Shown here: positions 46,911 through 58,674 of the stretch, in pieces
How positions within the stretch are numbered: position 1 is the first letter of the stretch
How the letters are laid out: every line of letters starts with the position of its first letter
DNA from: Malacoraja senta
Lineage: Eukaryota
Assembly: GCA_038087875.1 (NCBI GenBank)
Contig: CM075979.1
Location: 63,612,001-63,676,000, forward strand
Reading direction: 5' to 3'
DNA length: 64,000 nt
The notes under the pieces: generated by a model
What the model was told of the DNA's origin: nothing
The model's database searches: none
What the model saw: the letters and a program-made list of their open reading frames with translations, nothing else
Program-made: the position numbers and the translations under genes

Positions 46911-49900
46911 AGTTTAAACTATGTACATCACACAACAGAACTATTTTACAAAATAGGTAAAATACATTAATTTGAGCAATCCAGGAGACTGAAATACCTG
47001 CACCAATCTACCATTTAAAAAAGAAATTCAAATCACCAAGCCAGAGTCAACAATTCTTTGTTTACAGATAAATGTAAGCATATGTTTTCCATCTATTCTG
47101 CTCTACATAAATCAGTATGAAGAGAAGGTATTAAACACAAAGGTGGATCTGCTCAGGGCTAAAGGTTGATTTGTGCCCATATCCACCAGGTTAAAATTAC
47201 ACTAGGACTTTCAAAATATTAAGCAGATGCTTGGCCTTTGGTAACATCCTGTATGTACCCATGTGAGATGCATTAATAGCCTTACACCTGCAATTTTAGC
47301 TGCTGATAAACCACAATGCATGTCGACACATGAGCAACAGATTTTGATTAGCAGTAAGACAAATAATACAAACCTACTCCAGTACAGTCCACCTAATCAT
47401 AGTTTACTTGAACCTGTTGATACAATTATGTTTTGTCTAAAAAACCATTTACAACCAGTTGAAAGAATTGTACAAATTGCCTTGGATAGGGGATATCAAC
47501 ATTGCTGACCATATGGTGACAAAGCTGTCTTATCCTTTCGAGCACAGATTTATGCTGAAACATCTAATTTAAAATTGTGGCTCAATAAACATGTCATCAA
47601 CAAGTTCACAGCAAATCACTTCCTCCTCAAAACAAATGACAGACAAACTCAAGCAGCCTTTGGTACCAAGCAATTACAGAGATTCCAAAATGCACAATGA
47701 TCACTTCCAGATAATTAATACTGAATTCTGCAGAGGTGAACAGGGGTAATGACCTGTAAATGCTAATCCTCAACATGAAAACTGGCACCTCTCCCTAGTG
47801 GGTCTGTTTCTGAGAGGTGTGCTTTTGAGCTGCCTAACTAGATAGAGGGTGCACTTTGATTTCTGGTTAGTGTTGACTACATGATCTCAATTATACTGGC
47901 AGCAGATTGAACAATTAGTGCCAGACGGGAATGGGAAAACATGTTTCCTATCTGGTAACCCTGTTAGAAAATTTGCATATGGACAGGATTGAAACTGGTT
48001 GATATTATCCAATGGTCAAATACCATGCCAAAATTTACTCGAGGTTAATAACAAAATTATATTTCTCCTATCCTACTGAAAACTCCACTCCCACCATAAA
48101 CTGGTCAGCCGAGAGAATAAGCATCCTAAAATGTTGATCCTTGAGTCCCAAGGTACAGTACACATTAGGATTAAAGTGATTAATTTCCAGAAAAATAGAT
48201 TTTAGATTTGTGGATTAAGGATGCATGTTTAGAGAACTGAATGCAAAGCTGCCCCTCATTAATAATTCCTCAGCTAAGTATATTTTTCTTAATCTCTTAA
48301 CGGATAATGAACCATGATGTTCTGTAATTTTAGAGATTAAATTACGACCAATGTTTTTGAATATGAGGCATTTTTCTATTCTATTCCAGAAAAATTTAAA
48401 GGCCCCATCGCTTACCGAATCATTTCAACTGAATATTTTCAAAGCCCATTGAGAATAAACTGCTGTCAGTCAAGGTTTTTTTTCAACAAAAACACTGGAC
48501 GTTCAGAGACTTTTGAGGAGACTGATATTTGTGGTTACAGGACACACTTGCAACTCATTTATTTTCTATGAATCTGGTTAAACCTTTTTCTGCCTTATAT
48601 AGTCTATGAGAATTAATGAATGACGAACATGCAATAATTGACATGTGAGGCGATTTTTAATGTATACACTTAACTTTGCATGTATACCTTCAAATAGGCT
48701 GAAAACTTTCGCAATTATATCCCGCACTTTTACCGTATGTAAAATTTACCAGCCTTTTCTTGGAATTAATGATTTCTCACACTCATTCCTTTCATTAGTA
48801 CATTTTTGAATGAAGTGTGAGGCTTTTCAATAAATTGTATTGCCAATATAAAATATGCTAGGCCTCTTATCCAAAATGCAAGCATGTGAAAGGTTATTTG
48901 ATATAACCTAAAGGATTTAAAGGAAATCCAGAGGAGGGGCATAAAAAAATGAAAAAGGAGGGGAGGAACAACTGATGTTGTATTACAAGATTCCATTAAA
49001 CAACAACTAGCAGGCATGTGATATTGTTCTACATGATTATCAGCTATAATATAAAAAACAATTAAGCACTGCTGACAATAGTGTTTTGGAAGCTGTAGAA
49101 ATACAGACCTCAAGCTGTTGATAATACCAAAAAAAAGCTTCATTCAATATGTAAGTTATATAGGCAATACAATACAGGATCCAACCCCAGTATTTGAATC
49201 GGCCGTTGCCATACTAATTCATTGTGTTTAAAGTTAGCTGAACAACGTCAGCACCTAATGGAATGTACTACTCTAAAACCATCACCAGGACATCAAACAA
49301 AAATACTTTTACAAAGGATTTCACGTTTGGAGTAGATGTACAAATTTCTCATCTGATCTTCAATAAATTTAAACCCATATACATGTTCATCAAGACCCAG
49401 AAACTGTTTTGACAAGCAGCAGAAAATTTATTTTGGTGTGGAGGTTAAGTATTACAGAATACTCCAATCACATTTTAAACCATTCTTTTCTGCTTTTCTC
49501 AAAAATGAAACTATAGAATCAAATCTTTTATCAAACATTTTCCCACTGAGCAACAGTCCTAGCAGAGTTAATCATTTTTGTTTAGACCCTAAATGCACTA
49601 AAGTAGCTGAACAGCCTCAGTTGCCAGTCTTCAGTGCAACTACATGATCCAATGCTTCCAGTTAAACCTGGAGGCATTTGTACAGCATACAAACTGTTTA
49701 CAAAAACACTTAACTAGTTAACAAAAAAGAATCAGTAAGAGATAATTTGATACATTAGGAAATCATCTAAACAAATATCACATTTATACAGCTGATCTAC
49801 GGAGAGCCCACAGGAGGGGATAGGACAGATCATATTATCCTTGCAACTCCATTGAACTAACAACATCATGCTTTTATTTCATGTTATTGTGGTGTCCCAA

Positions 49901-50038
49901 ATGCATCAGTTTAAAAAAAAAAAACACAATCTCCGTAGGAAAAATTATATGAACCAATGGAAAACAAATTTCCTACTCATCATTCTATTTTGGGTTCATG
50001 TTAACACTGGTAATCAATCTGCTATATCTTTATATTGT

Positions 50039-50178
50039 TTAAAAAGACTTGTTCCCAATGATACTGGATTCTTCGGGCTTTGGGTTTCCCTTTCCTTGCA
50101 TGTTTATATTTCTCTACGTATGCTTTACCAAGTTTGCTACTTTCCTGGGATTACTTCACCACTCTTGCTATGGCAAAC
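50039..50178 (-). CDS. SCAF11: SCAF11 terminal coding exon (C-terminal SRI-like domain); frameshifted as assembled, 3' end approximate
   Basis: tttcaaag|GTT TGC CAT AGC AAG AGT GGT GAA GTA = VCHSKSGEV; restoring two single As gives NPRKVANLVKAYVEKYKHARKG, matching the SCAF11 C-terminus. Confidence 0.85.
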
Positions 50179-50351
50179 CTTTGAAATAAACATACACATT
50201 TCAATGGATTAATTCAGTAAATATGGTAGACCGGAAATTAATCAATTTAGAAACAAAATTATGGTAAAGATTAAAATCTGATATAGTCTGTTTGATGAAT
50301 GCCACACAAAAGGACCAATAAATCTCTTATTCACAGATGCATCTGATCTGA

Positions 50352-50805
50352 AGTGTGTAGGAAAGAACTGCAAATGCTGTTTTTTATCGAAGATAGACAC
50401 AAAATGCTGGAGTAACTCAGCGGGACAGGTATCTCTGCAGAGATGGAATGGGTGAAGTTTTGGGTCGAGACCCTTCTTCAAACTGATCTTTTTTGAGAGA
50501 AGGAGGAATCAGAGGGGGGAGCAGTGAGAGAGGATGTTGCTGAACTCTTGTCAGAGAGAGAACCTCTTCAAAGTAGACATACCTTGAGATTTCTCAGTGG
50601 AGCAGACAAAATGTGTAGGAAAGATCTGCAGATGCTGGTTTAAATCGAAGGTAGACACAAAATGCTGGTGTAACTCAGGCAGCATCTCTGGAGAGAGGGA
50701 ATGGTGATCTTTCAGCCTGAAGAAGGGTCTCGACCAAAAACGTCACCCATTCCTTCTCTCCAGAGATGCTGCCTGTCCCGCTGAGTCACTCCAGCATTTT
50801 GTGTC
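50352..50805 (-). mobile_element. Short non-autonomous Penelope-like insertion: two direct terminal repeats plus one inverted copy
   Basis: Exact 14-bp TSD tgcatctgatctga at 50338-50351 and 50806-50819. Confidence 0.82.
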
Positions 50806-50904
50806 TGCATCTGATCTGACATGGTTTGACAGCAGTAATTATTTGGTTAGAATGTTGCAGGTAAAGCGGAATTTAAAGCTATGGGATAATTCCATAAAAG
50901 GTGA

Positions 50905-52170
50905 ACATCAATTTGCATACAGGGCAAATGGATCCACAGAGGATGCCATCTCTCTGGCTCTTCACACTCTCCTGACTCACCTGGAAAGACAGGGCACGTA
51001 CGTGAGGATGCTCTTCATAGATTATAGCTCTGACTTCAACACGGTCATCCCCACCAAACTCCACCAGCTAGGCCTCAGCTCGCCGATATGCGACTGGATC
51101 CTGAATTTTCTGATGGAGCGACCGCAGGCAGTGAGACTGGGCCCGCACCTGTCCTCCACTATCACCACAGGGCTGTGTACTGAGACCCATGCTCTACTCC
51201 CTCTTCACACACAACTGTGTTCCTGCATTCGACACCAACACCATCGTCAAGTTTGCAGACGACACAACGGTAATCGGGCTGATCACCAACGGTGATGAAA
51301 AACTATAGAGCGGAGGAGCAGAATCTGGCAGACTGCTGCTCACGTAACAACTTGTCCCTAAACACCTCCAAGGACCAAGGAGCTGATTATCGACTTCAGG
51401 AGGACACATAATGTGGAATACGCCCCAATCTCCATCAACGGGGACAGTGTGAGAGAGTGTCCAGCTTTAGGTTTCTGGGCACACACATCTCAGAGGACCT
51501 CACATGGTCCACCAACACCGCTGCGCTGGTCAAGAAGGCACAGCAACGACTGTTCTTCCTGAGAACATTGAAAAAGACTGGTCTGCCCCAACAGCTGCTG
51601 ACAACCTTCTACCGCTGCACCACAGAGAGCTACTAACATATGGCATCTCTATGTGGTATCTCAGCTGCACGGAGGTGGAGAGGAGAGCTCTTCAGCGCGT
51701 CGTCCAGAGCGCAGAAGATTATTGGGACACAGCTACCAGCCTTGGAGGGCATCTACCACACATGGTGCCTCAGGAAGGCCGTCAGCATCCACAAAGACTC
51801 CTCACACCCTTGTAATGGACTGTTCGGACTCCTACCTTCCGGCAGACGTTACAAGGCCTTCTACGCCCGCACCTCCAGACTCAGGAACAGCTTCATCCCC
51901 AGAGCTATAGCTGCTCTGAACCGGCCCTGCTGAGTGACCCCCACCCCCATGAACTGTCTCCCTCGGATGGTCACGTTGCACATCGACCCGGCACAGACAC
52001 ATTTGCACTGTTTAGACTGTTTTACTGTTCTTTTTATAAATCATGTTTCTCGGGGTATCTAAATCTAAATTTTATTAGTTGTTTAAGTTATGACATCGGA
52101 TGGAAGCTGCATACCAAATCTCGTTGCACATATGTGCAATGACAATAAAAGATATTATTATTATTATTAA
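50905..52170 (+). mobile_element. Rex1/Babar retrotransposon, 5'-truncated and frameshifted
   Basis: [57 protein letters not shown]; tail gacaataaa...(att)n. Confidence 0.88.
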
Positions 52171-52499
52171 ATAACACCAACAAATGAATTTGGAAATAGT
52201 AAAGGGGGGCAGGCAAGGAAAAATAAGTTAGAAGTGTCTATAAGGTATCAGGGGCAATGAGCTGGTGCAGGGGAAGATGGACAGGTAATGGGCCAGGTGA
52301 AGGGAAGGTTAAAGAGGATAAAGGAGAGACTAGTGTGGAGCAAGGAAAAAACGTAGAATGGGAGAAAATGGATATGAACTTTACGAGACCTTGTCTCTTC
52401 CCAGAGAAAGCCACAATGTCACAGAAGGTTGGTGCACATTTCTTAAAATGTGTTGATTCTTTTTGTTTATTATGTTATTTATCGAGTATTGTGTTTACA

Positions 52500-55070
52500 T
52501 ATTGGTTTACAAAAAGAGACATAAAGAGCTGGAGTAAATCAGCAGTCAGGCAACATCCCTGAAGAACATGGATAGCTGGTGTTTTAGGTTGGGGCCCTTC
52601 TTCATACTGATTGTGATGGAGTGGGGAGGGAAGGGACAAGAAAGCTGGGAGAGAGGAGGGGCAGGACAAAGACTGGCAAGTAATATATAAGATGCAAGTG
52701 AGGGGGGTGTTGATAGGCAGATGGTTGGACAAAGGCCAGAGATGAAAAGGCAGAAGGTCATAGTCATAGAGTGATAGTGTGGAAACAGGCCCTTTGGCCC
52801 AACTCGCCCACACCGCCAACAATGTCCCAGCTACACTAGCCCCATTTGCCTGTGCTTGGTCCATATCCCTCCAAACCTGTCCTATCCATGTACGTGTCTA
52901 ACTGTTTCTTAAACAATGGGATAGCCCCAGCCTCAACTACCTCCTCTGGCAGCTTGTTCCATACACCTACCACCCTTTGAGTGAAAAAGTTACCCCTCGG
53001 ATTCCTATTAAATCTTTTCCCCTTCACCTTGAACCTATGTCCTCTGGTGCTCGATTCCCCTACTCAGGGCAAAAGACTCTGTGCATCTTCCCGATCTATT
53101 CCTCTCATGATTTTGTATACCTCTATAAGATCTCCCCTCATTCTCCTGCGCTCCATGTAATAGAGACCCAGCCTACTCAACCTCTCCCTATAGCTCACAC
53201 CCTCTAGTCCTGGCAACATCCTTGTAAATCCTTTCTGAACCCATTCAAGCTTGACAATATTGTTCCTATAACATGGTGCCCAGAACTGAACACAATATTC
53301 TAAATGCGGTCTCACCAACGTCTTATACAACAGCAAATGACCTCCCATACTTAATACTCTGACTGATGAAGGCCAAATTGCCAAAATCCTTTTTGACCAC
53401 CAATTCTACCTGCGACTCGGCCTTCAAGGAACCATGCACCTGCACTCGTAGATCCCTCTGCTCTACAACACTACCCAGAGGCCTACCATTTATTGTGTAG
53501 GCCCTGCCCTGGTTCGACATCCAAAAATGCAACATTTCACATTTCTCTGTATTAAATTCCATCCACCATTCCTCCGCCCACCTCGCCAATCGATCCAGAT
53601 CCGGCTGCAATCTTTCATAACCATCTTCACTATCTGCAAAACCACTAACTTTTGCATCATCAGCAAACTTGCTAATCTTGCCCTGTATGTTCTCATCCAA
53701 ATCATTGATGTAGATGACAAACAGTAACGAGCCTAACACCGAACCCTGAGGCACACCACTGGTCACAGGCCTCCAGTCTGAGAAGCAACCTTCCATCACC
53801 CTCTGCTTCCTTCCATGGAGCCAATTTGCTATTGATTGTCTCAAGGTGTGAGACAAAAGGATTGAAGAGTTGCAAATTGTGAAGCTAGAGGAAGGAATGC
53901 GAGTGGAAGGAGAGGAGGTGGGGGGAAAAATAGGTGCACATCCAGGTGGGGCACAGGGATGAGAAGGGGAGCGAAGGATATGGGAGGGGTTTAATTGGTT
54001 GCCTAAAATTGGACTATTCAACGTTCATACTGTCAGGTTAAAAACTTATCCAAGCAGAATATGAGGTGCTTTTCGCCCAGTTTGTGCATGGCTTCACTCT
54101 AGCAATGGAGGAGGCCCAGGACAGAAAGGCCAGTAATGGGAAGAGGAGTTAGCATCCGGATGATCCAGTAGGCCTTGACCGTGTCAAACTGAGTGCAAGT
54201 GTTTGGCAAAATGGTCACCGAGTTTAAGTTTGGTCTAGCCGATGTACAGGAGGCCACATTGGGAATGCTGTTGCAGTAGACGAGGTTAGAAGACGTGCAA
54301 GATAGCCTTTATCTCACCTGGAAGGACTGTTGGGGATTTTGGATAGAGGTGTGGGAGGAAGTTTAGGGACAAGTGTTACACCTCCTGCAGTTGCAGAGGA
54401 AAGTACCTGGGGAGGGGGTTGTTTGAGTTGGAAGGGACGAGTAAACCAAGGAGTGGCGGAGGGAGTGGTCTCTGCAGAAGGTGGAATGAGGTGGGGATAG
54501 CATGATGGTGATGGAATCACGTTGCAGGTGGCGGAAATGTCAGAGAATGATGTGTTGCAGAGACTGGTGGGGTGAAAGGTGAGGACCTGGGGAATTCTAT
54601 CCTTCCCCCCCTGTCTGGGGGGGAAGTCTCATCCTGGGAGCAGTGCGGTATGGATGGCAAAATTGAGAGTAGTTCCTCTTGCAGAGTCTATGCAAGAGGC
54701 AGGATGGGAGGAGGTGTAGTCCACATAACTGGGAGTCAGTGGGTTAGTTGTAGATGTCAGTCGATGGTATATCCATACGATGGATACAGAGAGATGAAGG
54801 AAGGGTAGAGAGATGTCAAAGATAGCCAAAATGAATTTGAGGGTAGGGGTGGAAGTTATTGGTAGTTAATGAAATCAACAGGTTCTGCACGGGTGCAGGA
54901 GGCAGCCCCTAAGCAGTTGTCGACTTAGCTGGGGGATGCTGATAGTGTACGTTTGGATCAAGGACTGTTCAATGTAACCAACAAAAAAAGCAGGCATTGC
55001 TGGGGCCCATGGTCACACCTTTAACTTGAGTCAAAAGAAAAGTCGTGGAATGCAAGGACAAGTTCCACCA
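52500..55070 (-). mobile_element. Older Penelope-like element split by the CR1 insertion
   Basis: Collinear with 55147-56625 (RT C-terminal region, GIY-YIG region, terminal repeat) but more diverged. Confidence 0.75.
52759..53842 (-). mobile_element. CR1/HER1 LINE 3' half nested in a Penelope-like element
   Basis: VTSGVPQGSVLGSLLFVIYINDLD, KFADD, LYKTLVRPHLEYCVQFWAP; (CTATGA) tail; 5-bp flanking duplication aaggt. Confidence 0.88.
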
Positions 55071-55146
55071 GGGTTAGTGTTAATTAAAAGGAAATGCCTG
55101 TTTAATGAGTTTGCATTAATGAGTTGCTGAATTTCTTTAGAGTTGT

Positions 55147-56625
55147 GTAGGAAAGAACTGTAGATGTTGGTTTAAATCATAGGTAGACACAAAATGCTGG
55201 AGTAACTCAGCGGGACAGGCAGCATCTCTGGAGAGAAGGAATGGGTGACGTTTCGGGTCGAGACCCTTCTTCAGACTGATATCAAGGGAGTGTGCGGGAC
55301 AAAGATAGAATGGAGTCGGAGACAGTAAGACTGGTCAGAGAACTGGGTAGGGGAAGGGGATAGAGAGGGAAAGCAAGGACTATTTGAAGTTAGAGAAGTC
55401 AATGTTCATACCGCTGGGGTGCAAACTATCCAAGTGAAATATGAGCTACTGTTCCTCCAATTTGCGCTGGGCCTCACTCTGCCAATGGAGGAAGCCAGGA
55501 CAGAAAGGTCAGATTGGAATGGGAGGGGGAGTTGAAGTGCTGAGAAACCGGGAGATCAGGTAGGTTAAGACGGACTGAGCAGAGGTGGTCAGCGAAACGA
55601 ACATGCGCCTGGTCTCACAATGTAAAGAAGTTGACACCTGGAATGGAGGATACAGTAGATGAGGTTGGAGGCGGTGCAAGTGAACCTCTGCCTCACCTGG
55701 AAAGACTGTTTGGGTCCTTGGATGGAGTCAAGAGGGGAGGTAAAGGGACAGGTGTTGCATCTCCTGCGGTTGCAGGGAAAGTACCTGGGAGGGGGTGATC
55801 TTGATGGGAAGGGACGGGTTAACCAGGGAGTTGCAGAGGAACGGTCTCTGCGGAAAGCAGAAAGGGGTGAGATAGGAAGATGTGGCCAGTAGTGGATCCC
55901 GTTGGAGGTTGGCGAAAATGTTGGAGGATTATATGCTGTATGTGATGGCTGATGGGGTGAAGGTGAGGACAAGGGGACTCTGTCCTTGTTACGAATGGGG
56001 GGAGGGGGAAGCAAGAGCGGAGCTGCGCGATATCGATGAAACCCAAGTTGCACCGCCTCCAACCCTTCATTTTATGATGGAAAAGGGGAACCCCCGTTTC
56101 CTAAATGAGGACATCTCAGATGCCCTGGAATGGAAAACCTCATCCAGGGCGCAGATGCGGCGTAGATGAGGAATTGGGAGTAGGGGATAGGTTCTTTGCA
56201 GGAAGCAGGATGGGAAGAAGTGTAGTCTAGATAGCTGTGGGAGTCAGTAGGTTTGTAGTAGATGTTGGTCAAACGTCTGTCTCCTGTGATGGAAACGGTG
56301 AAATCTAGAAACGGTAGGAGATGTCGGAGATGGTCCAAGTGAATTTGAGTGCAGGATGGAAATTGGTGGTGAAGTTGATGAAGTCAGTGAGTTCTGCATG
56401 GGTGCAGGAGGTAGCACCAATAGCAGTCGTCAATGTAGCGGAGTTAGAGTTCAGGGACAGGGCCAGTGTATGCCTGGAACAGTGTTTGTTCAGCGTACCT
56501 ACAAAGAGACAGGCATAGCTAGGGCCCATAGCTACGCCATGAATTTGGAGGAAGTGGGAGAGTCGAAGGAGAAGTTGTTGAGGTAAGGACCAGCTCTGCC
56601 AGGCGGAGGAGAGTATTGGTAGATA
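55147..56625 (-). mobile_element. Penelope-like retroelement, 5'-truncated: RT C-terminus, Cys-rich linker, GIY-YIG endonuclease remnant, terminal repeat with hammerhead core
   Basis: MGPSYACLFVG, LPFLD, YYKPTDSHSYLDYTSSHP, CNRRRCNTCP, FTCTASNLIYCI...LLYI; 12-bp TSD ctttagagttgt at 55135 and 56626. Confidence 0.9.
55247..55274 (-). ncRNA. Minimal type-I hammerhead ribozyme-like core (Penelope-associated)
   Basis: Reverse complement CUGAAGA-A-GGGU(CUCG)ACCC-GAAA-CG-UC; activity untested, helix I weak. Confidence 0.6.
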
Positions 56626-56699
56626 CTTTAGAGTTGTATGCCTTTAGAGTTGTTTGCCACCAGCTCTCTACCTTTTTGCATGCTGAATCGATTCAATTA

Positions 56700-57712
56700 T
56701 TTAGACACAGGGAACGGCAAAAAAGTACTGGAGTAACCGAGCGAGTCAGGCAGCATCTCTGGTGACTGAATAGGCGATGTTTCGGATTGGGACCCTTCTT
56801 CAGACTGCAGTGGAGAGGGAGAAAGCTGGAAGGCAGGTGTGGGGGTGGGACAAAGCCAGGCAAGTGATAGATGGATACAGGTGAGGGAGATTCATTGGCA
56901 GATGGGTGCACAATGGTCAGAGATTAAAAGGAGAAAGAATGCTGTGTGGCAAGGAGAGGAGAGATGTGAAATGTGAGGCAAGAGGTAGGGATAGAGATGG
57001 AATAGAATGGGAAAAATAGTCGCCTAGTCCAAGCTTGGTCTTGCCAATATATAGGCCAAATCAAGAGAATCAAATGCAGTAGACGAGATTAGAGGAGATG
57101 CTTGCGAACCTCTGCCTCACCCCAGAACACCCCCACCAGCCTCCCCATCGACACGTCATTCTCCAACATTTCCATCACGTTCAACATCAAATCCACCAGT
57201 CACATCTTCCAATTCCACTTCTTTCCAGAGACTACTTCCTCCGCAACTCATTGGTTCACACATATCTTCCCACCCAAACAACCTCCTCCCCAGGTACTTT
57301 CGGTTGCAAACACGGAGCTGTAACACCTGTGCCTACACCTCCTCCCTTACATCCATCCAGGGACACCAACAGCCCTTACAGCTGAGACAGTGGTTTACAT
57401 GCACTGCCTTTAATCTTGCCTACTGTATTTGGTGCTCCCGATATGGCCTTTACATTGGCGAGACCAAGTGTAAACCATGCGACTGTTTCGCTGACTCGGT
57501 CCGCCAAGGCATGCTGGATCTCCTGGTTACTAAGCATTTTAACTCTCCTTCCATACAACCTTTCTGTCCTCGGCCTCCTCCATTGCCAGAGTGAAGCCAC
57601 ACACAAACTGGAGGAACAGCACCTCGTATTCCATTTAGGTATTCTACAACCTAATGGTGTGGACATTCAATTCTCCAATTGTAAATAACTATCTACCTCC
57701 ACCCCCTTCTTT
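56700..57712. mobile_element. Penelope-like fragments in inverted orientation (- then +)
   Basis: Terminal repeat and GIY-YIG piece on - (~56700-57120); CNTC...FTCTAFNLAYCIWCSRYGLYIGETK on + (~57120-57712). Confidence 0.78.
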
Positions 57713-58674
57713 ATATGTCTTTGTCCGTCTGCGATAACAGAAATCCGTTATAAAGTGGTCTGTAATAATGAGGGTTTACTGTACTGTGTGCAGGGGGAGT
57801 AGGACATGAATGTTTAGGGTGGGACATAGGGGACCAATAAACAGGATAATTCTATTTTGGAATAAAGGCAATCTTCTTGAGATCAGTTGGGGCCTGCACT
57901 CATCCGGGCAAGTGGAGAACATTCCATGACACATCATATGTCTCGTCAAATTAAGGCATCAGATGAGATGAGTCAATCACTGCAGGATGCCCAGCCTCTG
58001 ACCCATTCTAGTCTGAAGGATGTTAATATGGAGCCCTCAGTAATGGTAATGCATTGAAAGTCCTTGCTGGAGATGGCCATTGCCTACACTTGAGACACAA
58101 ATATTACTAGCTACTGCTCACCCTAAGGATAGACTGGTTCATCTGCTGAGAGTAGCCAATGCAATGGAATAACTTATTTCATTCACTTCTATGCATCAGT
58201 GATAAAGGCAAGCAATTGTTTCCAAATGAATTGGAACTGCAAGGTTTTCAAAAGCATTTCACAATGTAGTTCAGAGTTAACCATATTAGTAAGTCTGCAG
58301 TCACATATAAGCCATACCAAATAATGATATTCCACTCCAAATAGCACCAGATAACACTTTTTTGATAAACATTCCGGTGGTTTTGTCATTACTATTCTAG
58401 ATTAATTTCATTATTACATTTAAATTCTCCAGAGGCATTGGTGGGATTTAAGCTTGTCTCTACCCCACTTGTTCAAGTCCTTGGGTTATTAGTCCAGTAT
58501 TGTCAGCACTATGCTAGTTAGGAGATATCTCCACTTTTATCAATTATGCAGGTCTACATTCACCTTTTGTATATTTTTAATATAAGAGCATGCTCCTAGC
58601 CCAATGTCCTCCTGCAGTTTTTCTTTGCCATTTCTGCAGTGTCACATATCTCGAGCTACAAATTTTAATATTTA

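Noticed and set aside
4361-57712. Any autonomous, intact retrotransposon
   Set aside because: All RT and endonuclease remnants are truncated with stops and frameshifts
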